From Bacillota bacterium (GTDB taxonomy: Bacteria; Bacillota; DTU065), in contig DAIMKF010000001.1 in NCBI GenBank assembly GCA_036721855.1, positions 67,122-131,121 of the forward strand: 64,000 nucleotides of DNA, written 5' to 3'. Position numbers and translations under genes: made by a program. The first letter of the stretch is position 1. Every line of letters starts with the position of its first letter. The notes under the pieces are model-generated. The model saw only the letters and a program-made list of their open reading frames with translations. It was not told where the DNA came from and searched no databases. Below, in pieces: positions 9,725-17,417 of the stretch.

Positions 9725-10361
9725 CCGTTTAATTTACCTGCTGTGAAATTCATTGAAAGCCTAGAATTTCATCCCCAGGTTACCTTTTTCGCAGGAGAAA
9801 ACGGCACAGGTAAATCTACGATATTAGAAGCTTTGGCTCTTTGTTTAGGTCTAAATAGCGAGGTTGTTCACAAAACTTTAACTTTGCTACTAAAAAGACT
9901 CATGCCAATTTACATGAATATATTAAACTCCAAAAAGGCCCCCTAAGGCCCAAGACAGCCTATTTTTTAAGAGCGGAAACTCTTTATACTTAGCCAGCAA
10001 TATTGAGGAGTTAGACTCTGGCGGAGGCTTGGGTTTACCGGTACTAGATTCATACGGTGGTCATTACCTCCACTAAATGAGCTATGGAGAAAGCATATTA
10101 ACACTGATTAATAATCGCTTTTCTGGCCATGGTCTTTATATCCTTGATGAGCCGGAAACAGCTCTGTCTCTTACCAGGCAATTATCTTTGCTCGTCAGAA
10201 TCCATGATCTGCTAAAAGAAGGTTCCCAATTTGTGATTTCCACTCATTCGCCCATTCTTATTACCTATCCCAGAAGTCAAATCTATTCTCTAACCGAGAA
10301 AGGATATGAAAAAGTGACTTATGAACAAATCGAAATTATCAGATTAGTCGGGACTTTTTGA
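9725..10361 (+). pseudogene. Decayed COG3910/AAA_21-type P-loop ATPase. It has no start codon, a frame shift near 9930-9946 and an in-frame TAA at 10074-10076
   Basis: Walker A GENGTGKSTILEALAL in frame 2. Protein-like sequence ...ASNIEELDSGGG... and the C-terminal part SYGESILTL...GLYILDEPETALS...STHSP (Walker B and H-loop) are in frame 0, separated by a stop. Confidence 0.55.
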
Positions 10362-10618
10362 CTCAACCGGAACGTTTTTTTAAACATTTACTTGCAGATT
10401 CTTAAAAAAAGTGTTACAAATATTAGAAAGGTTCTTAGAATTGGTTTTAAGATAGTAGCTATCGCATTTATGCTAAAAGACGAATTACGCAAGGAAGACA
10501 ACCCAAATGGCTGGAATTCTGCACACAGACACAAAAAAATATGCTAAAATATCATTTAATGGCAGGGAAGTTGCTTTTTGTGTAGAATAAGTGGAGAAAT
10601 AACGATGGGAGGAAAGAG

Positions 10619-11789
10619 AATGAAAAAGAAAGGCTTATGGATTGCAATTGCAATAGTTGTTATAGCTGCAGTTGTGGTATACTTTGCATTTTTTGCCAAA
10701 AAGGATGACCAAGCAGCTTCTTCGGAACAAGAAGTTATTAAAGTTGGTTTTATCGGCCCACTTACAGGCCCTGCCGCTGCATATGGCATCAACGCTAGAA
10801 ACGGAGCTGTATTAGCTATTGAGGCTATTAACGCTGAGGGCGGTATCCTAGGTGGCAAGAAAATCGAGCTTCTGATTGAAGATAATCAAGGCGATGAATC
10901 TGAAACCGTTAATATTATGAATAAGCTGATTGATCAAGAAAAAGTAGTGGCTATTGTGGGTCCGGTTACTACAGGCCCAACAACTGTAGCCGCAGGTATT
11001 GCCGGCGACAAAAAAGTACCTATTGTTTCCCCAACTGCTACAGGTGATAATATTACCAAACTTAGCGATTATGTTTCCCGAGTCTGTTTCTATGATTCCT
11101 ATCAAGGCCCGGTCATGGCCAAATTTGCCATTGAGAACCTTGAAAAGAAAACGGCTGCCATTTTGTATGATAATACTAATGACTACTCTATGGGTTTGGC
11201 GGATTCTTTTGCTCTAACCTTTACAGAAAATGGTGGGGAGATTTTGATTAAAGAAGCATTTACAGCAGGAGATCAAGATTTTAATTCCCAACTTACCAAG
11301 ATTGCAGCTCAAAACCCTGATATTGTCTATGTACCAGCCTATTACAGTGACGATGCTCAAATTTTACTCCAAGCTCGTCAGATTGGCATGACCGCCATCT
11401 TTATGGGTGGAGATGGCTGGGACTCTCAAGAACTGATTAACGGAGCCGGAGATGCAGCTGAGGGATGCTATTTTACAACCCACTACTCTGCTGCCGACAC
11501 ATCAGAGTTGGTTCAGGAATTTTTGGAAAAGTATCGTGAGAAATATAATTCCGAACCTAACTTTGCCGGACCTTTGGGTTATGATTCGGCGCTTCTTTTG
11601 GCTGATGCAATTGAGCGTGCCGGCGAACCCAATCCTGAAAAAATCAACACTGCGATTTTAGAAACTACAGGTCTAAATGGTATAACCGGTGAGTTTAGTT
11701 TTGATGCAAATCGCAATCCTCTCAAAGAAGTCACTATTGCAACGGTATCAGAAGGCAAATTTGTTTTGGTCGATAAAGTTCGTCCGTAA
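10619..11789 (+). CDS. livK: Branched-chain amino-acid ABC transporter substrate-binding protein (LivK/LivJ-like) with an N-terminal membrane anchor or signal sequence
   Basis: Periplasmic-binding-protein type I fold sequence, co-operonic with livHMGF. ATG 10619 has a GGGAGG RBS. Confidence 0.8.
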
Positions 11790-11802
11790 ATTGCTTCAAG
11801 GA

Positions 11803-11820
11803 GGGGGGCTTTGGCCCCCC
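11803..11820 (+). promoter_or_regulatory. GC-rich intercistronic hairpin (GGGGGGCtttgGCCCCCC) between livK and livH, possibly a partial terminator
   Basis: Perfect 7-bp G/C stem followed by TTT. It would favour excess binding-protein transcript. Confidence 0.3.
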
Positions 11821-11850
11821 TTTGCCGTATTAAGAAGGAAGGTGTAGAGG

Positions 11851-12729
11851 GTGGGGCTTTTTATTCAACAGATTGTCAATGGTATCGCCCTTGGCAGTAT
11901 CTACGCCCTAATTGCTTTGGGATATACAATGGTTTATGGCATTATCCGGCTTATAAATTTTGCTCATGGTGATATTTATATGCTTGGTGCTTTTGTAGGC
12001 TACTTTGCTCTAACTACTTATAAACTACCTTTTGGTGTGAGTCTGGTCTTGGCTATGTTAATTCCGGCAATAATTGGCATGCTCATTGAAAGGGTAGCTT
12101 ATCGGCCACTAAGAAAATCACCAAGCATAGCTGTTTTAATTACAGCTATTGGTGTTTCCTTACTTATTGAAAACCTTGCCATGCTTTGGTTTTCACCGGA
12201 TCCACGTCCTTTTCCACAAATATTTCCCTTAAGGCCTTTGGAGTTAGGTGGTATAAGAGTCTCCATTCCTCAAGTTATTGTCTTTATCACAGCTGTTGTT
12301 TTAATGATTATATTAAATTTCTTAGTCCAAAAAACCAAAATCGGTAAAGCGATGCGAGCGGTAAGTCAAGATAAAGAAGCAGCCAGTCTAATGGGTATTG
12401 ATATTAACCGGATTATTTCTTTAACTTTTGCATTGGGATCTGCTTTGGCGGGAGCTGCGGGGGTAATGGTAGGGGTTATTTACCCACGTATTCAGCCTTT
12501 AATGGGTGTAATGCCAGGTTTAAAAGCCTTTGTAGCTGCAGTTTTAGGAGGCATTGGTAGCATTCCTGGTGCTATGCTTGGCGGCCTTATTATGGGTCTT
12601 ACCGAAAGCCTTGTGACTGCTTTGATCTCATCAACTTGGCGTGATGCCATAGCATTTAGTCTACTAATTGTGATTTTACTGGTAAAGCCCACGGGAATTT
12701 TGGGTAAATCAACACGGGAGAAGGTGTAA
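11851..12729 (+). CDS. livH: Branched-chain amino-acid ABC transporter permease LivH
   Basis: Multi-TM protein typical of LivH (IVNGIALGSIYALIALGYTMVYG). Confidence 0.85.
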   Translation: MGLFIQQIVNGIALGSIYALIALGYTMVYGIIRLINFAHGDIYMLGAFVGYFALTTYKLPFGVSLVLAMLIPAIIGMLIERVAYRPLRKSPSIAVLITAIGVSLLIENLAMLWFSPDPRPFPQIFPLRPLELGGIRVSIPQVIVFITAVVLMIILNFLVQKTKIGKAMRAVSQDKEAASLMGIDINRIISLTFALGSALAGAAGVMVGVIYPRIQPLMGVMPGLKAFVAAVLGGIGSIPGAMLGGLIMGLTESLVTALISSTWRDAIAFSLLIVILLVKPTGILGKSTREKV

Positions 12730-12731
12730 GA

Positions 12732-13697
12732 ATGACCTCAAAAATAAAAGAAAAAAACACATACGACGGTTATCTTACGCTTCTTTTAGGCCTTCTTATC
12801 TTGATTGTCAATTTTTTGCTGTTAAGTGGAAAAATGCCTGCCTATTATAAAGGCATACTTGGTTTTGCCGGAATTAATATTATTTTGGCAGTCTCGCTAA
12901 ATCTTATTAATGGTATTACCGGTCAGTTTTCACTAGGTCATGCCGGTTTTATGGCTGTAGGAGCTTATATGTCGGCACTTATTTCTATCTATTTTAAATG
13001 GCCTTTAATGCTGTCTTTAATTTTAGGGGCCGTAGTGGCTGCTATTTTAGGGATTATCATTGGTTTACCCACCTTAAGGTTAAAGGGAGATTACTTGGCT
13101 ATTGCTACCTTGGGAATGGGCGAAATTATTCGGGTGGTATTATTGAATCTGGAGATAACTAAAGGAGCTAGGGGCCTTACAGGAATTCCTCGCACAACCA
13201 GTATATATCTGGTGGAGCTGATAGCTTTTATTACCATTATTTTTACAGTCAATTTGATGCGCTCAACTCATGGCAGAGCACTGCTTTCCATCAGAGAAGA
13301 TGAAATCGCTGCCGAAGCCATGGGAATCAATACAACTTTTTACAAAGTATTTGCTTTTGCCGCCGGGGCTTTTTTTGCCGGTTTAGCCGGAGGACTTTTT
13401 GCCCATCTGATGGGTTATATTGCTCCCAAAAACTTTGAGTTTATGCGTTCGATAGAGATTCTGGTGATGGTAGTATTAGGAGGACTTGGTTCCATTACCG
13501 GCTCTATTGTGGCTACAATTGTTCTTACAATCCTACCAGAGGCTTTGCGCACTTTCTCTCAATACCGGATGGTTCTTTATTCAGCCCTGCTTATTATTAT
13601 CATGCTTTTTAGACCACAGGGACTGATGGGGACAAGAGAACTCCAAGTTAGGGAAGTGCTTAAACTATTTGGCTTCGGAGGTGGTAAGAATGCCTAA
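12732..13697 (+). CDS. livM: Branched-chain amino-acid ABC transporter permease LivM
   Basis: Multi-TM permease at the second position of the liv operon. Confidence 0.85.
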   Translation: MTSKIKEKNTYDGYLTLLLGLLILIVNFLLLSGKMPAYYKGILGFAGINIILAVSLNLINGITGQFSLGHAGFMAVGAYMSALISIYFKWPLMLSLILGAVVAAILGIIIGLPTLRLKGDYLAIATLGMGEIIRVVLLNLEITKGARGLTGIPRTTSIYLVELIAFITIIFTVNLMRSTHGRALLSIREDEIAAEAMGINTTFYKVFAFAAGAFFAGLAGGLFAHLMGYIAPKNFEFMRSIEILVMVVLGGLGSITGSIVATIVLTILPEALRTFSQYRMVLYSALLIIIMLFRPQGLMGTRELQVREVLKLFGFGGGKNA

Positions 13698-14472
13698 GAC
13701 CAATCTCTTGGAAGCTAAGAGTTTAACCATGAACTTTGGTGGCCTTACCGCTGTAGCAAATCTAAACTTTGAGCTTACAAAAGGAGAACTAGTTGGTCTG
13801 ATTGGACCTAACGGAGCAGGGAAAACCACGGTTTTTAATATGTTAACCGGAGTATATTCACCTTCTTTGGGTTCAATTCATTTAGAAGGCGAACTCATCT
13901 CCAAACTCCCTCCCTATAAGATTACCCAAAGAGGTATTGCCCGGACTTTTCAAAACATCCGTCTTTTTAATCAACTAAGTGTAACTGACAATGTCCGGAT
14001 TGCCTTTCATACCCGCAAAAACTACCCAATTATTAACTCAATCTTTCTAACCCCACGCTTTTTCCGGCAGGAAAAAGCTATTAATGACGACACTAAAGCA
14101 CTTCTTAATTTGCTTCATTTGGCAGAAAGAGCAGAGGATAAAGCCTGCAATCTTTCCTATGGACAGATGCGTCGTTTAGAGATTGCCAGAGCTTTGGCGA
14201 CCGGACCTAAAATACTCCTTTTAGATGAACCCGCAGCCGGAATGAATCCTCAAGAGACTGAAGAATTAACAGAGCTAATTGCTCTGATTCGTGACAAGTT
14301 TGATCTTACCATTTTACTTATTGAGCATGATATGAGTCTGGTGATGAAACTATGTGAACGGATTATGGTTTTAGATTATGGAATTCTAATTGCCAGTGGT
14401 ACACCACTTGAAATACGTCAAAACAAACGAGTTATCCAAGCTTACCTCGGAGAGGAGGTTTCCAAATGTTAG
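13669..14472 (+). CDS. livG: Branched-chain amino-acid ABC transporter ATP-binding protein LivG
   Basis: GPNGAGKTT Walker A, LSYGQMRRLEIARAL signature and LLLDEPAAG Walker B. Confidence 0.85.
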   Translation: MASEVVRMPKTNLLEAKSLTMNFGGLTAVANLNFELTKGELVGLIGPNGAGKTTVFNMLTGVYSPSLGSIHLEGELISKLPPYKITQRGIARTFQNIRLFNQLSVTDNVRIAFHTRKNYPIINSIFLTPRFFRQEKAINDDTKALLNLLHLAERAEDKACNLSYGQMRRLEIARALATGPKILLLDEPAAGMNPQETEELTELIALIRDKFDLTILLIEHDMSLVMKLCERIMVLDYGILIASGTPLEIRQNKRVIQAYLGEEVSKC

Positions 14473-15170
14473 AGATCAAAAACCTCCACGTTTATTATGG
14501 ACAGATCCATGCTTTAAAAGGAGTATCCTTTGTGGTAAGAAAAGGAGAAATAGTTACTTTAATCGGTGGTAACGGAGCCGGAAAAACTACCACTTTAAAA
14601 ACAATTTCAGGCTTGATTCCTTTAAAAGAAGGTGAGATCCTTTACCAGGGAGAAAATATAACAGGAGTCAAGGCTCATGATCTTGTAAGCCAAGGACTTG
14701 TTCAGGTACCTGAGGGCAGACATGTTTTTCCCGCGCTTACAGTTCAGGAAAACCTTGATTTAGGTGCTTATGCTAGGAAAGATAAAAAAGCTATAAAAGA
14801 GGATTTAGACAAAGTCTTCCACCTCTTTTCACGGCTTAAAGAAAGAAGACAGCAGTTAGCTGGAACTTTATCCGGTGGTGAACAGCAGATGCTGGCAATG
14901 GCCAGAGCACTTATGAGCAGTCCGAAACTTTTGTTGCTAGATGAGCCGTCGATGGGACTTGCTCCTCTTTTAGTAAGAGAGATCTTTAATATTGTCACTG
15001 AGATTAACTCAACCGGAGTAACAATTTTACTAGTTGAGCAAAATGCTAACATGGCCCTTTCCATTGCCAACCGGGGCTATGTCATCGAAACAGGTCGTGT
15101 AGTCTTAGAAGGTGATGCCCACAGTCTAGCTGCAAATGAAGCGGTCAAAAAAGCTTATCTTGGTGGCTAG
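14466..15170 (+). CDS. livF: Branched-chain amino-acid ABC transporter ATP-binding protein LivF
   Basis: GGNGAGKTTT, LSGGEQQMLAMARAL and LLLDEPSMG motifs. Confidence 0.85.
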   Translation: MLEIKNLHVYYGQIHALKGVSFVVRKGEIVTLIGGNGAGKTTTLKTISGLIPLKEGEILYQGENITGVKAHDLVSQGLVQVPEGRHVFPALTVQENLDLGAYARKDKKAIKEDLDKVFHLFSRLKERRQQLAGTLSGGEQQMLAMARALMSSPKLLLLDEPSMGLAPLLVREIFNIVTEINSTGVTILLVEQNANMALSIANRGYVIETGRVVLEGDAHSLAANEAVKKAYLGG

Positions 15171-15184
15171 GAAGGAAGAATGAT

Positions 15185-15832
15185 ATGTTTATTAAACAGA
15201 TTATGAGTTCTGTTCCTATTACTATCTCTCCGGATGCCGGCATTTTAGAAGCTGCCAATCTGATGAAAGAGAAGAAGATTCGCCGACTCCCTGTGGTTAA
15301 AGGCGATAAACTCCTAGGAATTATTACCGAGATGGATATTCTTAAAGTTCAGCCATCTCAAGCTACTACCCTTAGTGTTTTTGAGGTTAATTATCTTTTG
15401 ACCAAGATGCGAGTCGGCGATGTGATGACCAAAAACCCGTTAACTGTTTCAGCTGAAGCTACTTTGGAAGAAGCAGCCCTTATAATGCGCGAAAATGAAG
15501 TCGGTGGTCTGCCAGTTTTAGCTAACAGCAAACTAGTTGGTGTTATTACCGAAAGCAATATTTTTGATGCTTTTATAGATCTTTTAGGTTTAAAAAGAGC
15601 GGGTACCAGATTGACAATCGAAGTCCTTGACAGGCCGGGAATTTTGGCTGAAATAGGCCAAATAACCGCTAAGCACAATGTCAATGTCAGCAGTTTTGCA
15701 GCTTACTACCCCGAAGAGAAAAAGTCGGTTTTAGTGGTGAGATTAGAGACAACTGATGTAACAAAGATTTGTAATGATCTTGAAAAACTCGGTCATAAGG
15801 TTACTCATATTGCACACTATGGCATAAAATAA
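15185..15832 (+). CDS. CBS-pair plus ACT domain protein (AcuB-like)
   Basis: Two CBS motifs (RRLPVV, GGLPVL) followed by an ACT-like C-terminus. Confidence 0.7.
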   Translation: MFIKQIMSSVPITISPDAGILEAANLMKEKKIRRLPVVKGDKLLGIITEMDILKVQPSQATTLSVFEVNYLLTKMRVGDVMTKNPLTVSAEATLEEAALIMRENEVGGLPVLANSKLVGVITESNIFDAFIDLLGLKRAGTRLTIEVLDRPGILAEIGQITAKHNVNVSSFAAYYPEEKKSVLVVRLETTDVTKICNDLEKLGHKVTHIAHYGIK

Positions 15833-15888
15833 ACGCATAAAATTACCTTGAGATGTCCATCCTAAGTTTGCTGAAAGGGGCTAGAAAG

Positions 15889-16107
15889 ATGGACATTGGC
15901 AGGACACAGGTCTATCGCTGTCCCAGTTGCTGCACTGATACAAGCCACACAGTAAGAACAAAACATGGTAATACCTATGGTGTAACCTGCAACAGGTGCC
16001 AGACAGCATCTTTAGTACGAAAGGACGACCTACTGTTTTATCAGGACCTATGGGAGGACGAAGTCCGAGCTATCCTCATGAGCTTAGATAATCCCGAAGA
16101 CAAATAA
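15889..16107 (+). CDS. Small Cys4 zinc-ribbon protein of unknown function (start taken at MDIGRTQVY; the track's earlier start at 15853 is possible)
   Basis: CPSC...CNRC zinc ribbon; AAAGGGG RBS before ATG 15889; followed by a terminator. Confidence 0.5.
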   Translation: MDIGRTQVYRCPSCCTDTSHTVRTKHGNTYGVTCNRCQTASLVRKDDLLFYQDLWEDEVRAILMSLDNPEDK

Positions 16108-16108
16108 A

Positions 16109-16140
16109 CTCCAAGCAGTCAACTGCCTGGAGTTTTTTTA
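16109..16140 (+). terminator. Rho-independent terminator
   Basis: CTCCAAGCAGtcaaCTGCCTGGAG followed by TTTTTTT. Confidence 0.6.
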
Positions 16141-16144
16141 GAGA

Positions 16145-16930
16145 TGTGCTATGCTTGCATGCAACAGCTCTGAAAGTCCGCTATGGAGCTGCATTGACAA
16201 GAAAGGTCTAGCTTTTTGGATATAGCTTTAATGTCTAGCGAGGGGAGAAGGCCAAGAGACCATCCAAAGAGCTCTTATCTCAAAAAAAAGTCCGTTGAAG
16301 TCATTGGATATAGTAATGGAATGAACATCTATAGCGAGAAAAACCCGACTCAACCAGAAATAATGGGTGGGTGAATTGCTTCGAACTGGAAGATACAAAG
16401 GTTTATTACAAGAGTTAGATGGTTGGACAAGAGTCGAATAAGAATGGTAACCTGGAAACGAGTAAAAAAACCTTTTCGAATATGTAAAAAGAGCTGATTT
16501 AAGAAGAAAGGCCGTGGATGGGGGCAAATACGAGGAAAGCTACCGGTGTAACCAATAGTCCGCTCCTATCCATGGTCTTAGGGATTGAACGTATTAAGCG
16601 TATGGATATCTAAGCTTTATAGAGTACTATACTGCGAAGTAATGTGAAAACCTTGGAACCGCCAGATAACAAACGGTTTGCATGGTGGTGTGGAAGGTCG
16701 GCTGTTCAAATAAGTGGCAGCTTTCTACTTGATTTTTTGCCTGGAAATACATAAAGGTGTTTTAATTAAAAAAGCTAATTCAGAAAAGTGCAGTTTAGGA
16801 CTGATTTAGCTGACATTAAGGTTTGGACTAAAAAGAGCTGAGACGAAGACGAAATAGTATTAAAAATGCTTAGAAAAGTTCAAAAGGTAAAGAAGGTAAA
16901 CAAAGCTTTAGTTGGAAGTAAGGTATAGTT
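16145..16930 (+). ncRNA. Candidate large structured non-coding RNA or decayed locus (ORF-free, GC-enriched region; class not identified)
   Basis: About 800 bp with no convincing ORF on either strand. Local GC is well above other intergenic DNA here. It contains long near-perfect hairpins (for example 16511-16577, a 13-bp stem, and 16168-16196). It is bounded by a terminator upstream and the RBS of the next gene downstream. Confidence 0.2.
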
Positions 16931-16947
16931 AAGAAGGGGGCAACAAA

Positions 16948-17400
16948 ATGGAGGATCGTTTGGCTTTAGTATTAGCAGAATTGATTAGGAGCTTAATTCA
17001 CGGTGATAATGTATACCCTGAGGAATCTTCTATTATAGCTAGAGCTGTTCAGCTTGGCCTTAACAAAGACGAATTGGAAATAATTGGACCTTTAGTGATA
17101 AAAAAAGAACAAAAAGGTCAAACTTATTGCTGTCAAGAAGTAAAAGGGAAACGTGTGTTTTCCAAAAAAGAACAGCTGCTTTTCGAGGAAGAACAAATAA
17201 ATTCTTTGCTCTATTTGGCTAATAATGGTATAATTTCCGGCGCAGAGCTCGATGCAATTTTAGTGTTTGCGCAAGGATTTGCCAAAAACCCAAATGAACC
17301 CGACTATCTTCTAAAAGCACTAAATTTGGTTTTTCAAGATCCCGCCAGAAATCAATTTTTAACTGGTACTATATATAAAGATCAAGAGCTTCTGAACTGA
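16948..17400 (+). CDS. Hypothetical 150-aa protein, occupying the position of dprA relative to topA
   Basis: Strong RBS AAGGGGG; no recognisable motif; immediately upstream of topA. Confidence 0.55.
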   Translation: MEDRLALVLAELIRSLIHGDNVYPEESSIIARAVQLGLNKDELEIIGPLVIKKEQKGQTYCCQEVKGKRVFSKKEQLLFEEEQINSLLYLANNGIISGAELDAILVFAQGFAKNPNEPDYLLKALNLVFQDPARNQFLTGTIYKDQELLN

Positions 17401-17417
17401 GAAAGGAATGAGCTTTG

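Noticed and set aside
10380-10618. T-box or CodY box upstream of livK
   Set aside because: No AGGGTGGNACCGCG T-box sequence and no AATTTTCWGAAAATT-like 15-mer with 11 or more matches were seen.
16168-16200. GAAAGTCCGCTATGGAGC resembles the universally conserved GGAAAGUCCGGGCUCC (P4 5' strand) of RNase P RNA
   Set aside because: No complementary P4 3' strand (ACAGAA..CGGCUUA-type CR-V) or other conserved RNase P regions were found downstream. The motif sits in the loop of a simple hairpin.
16228-16527. 99-aa minus-strand ORF inside the non-coding region
   Set aside because: Low-complexity S/F/L/P-rich translation with no RBS; typical of a spurious ORF in non-coding DNA.
16505-16580. c-di-GMP-I (GEMM) or SAM-I riboswitch resemblance (GGGCAAA...GGAAAGC...CCGGUGUAACC)
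   Set aside because: It lacks the conserved GGACGCAAAGC core of GEMM and the GGUGGAGGGA / GCCCGAUGAA core of SAM-I. The resemblance is limited to short GC-rich words.
16690-16730. tRNA-like T-loop GGCTGTTCAAAT
   Set aside because: No 5-bp T-stem partner follows the loop, and no acceptor or anticodon arms could be drawn.
16145-16947. Group II intron (ORF-less) hypothesis for the long non-coding region
   Set aside because: No 5' GUGYG, no recognisable domain V (GAGC...GAAA...GUUC 34-nt helix) and no domain VI bulged-A context were found.
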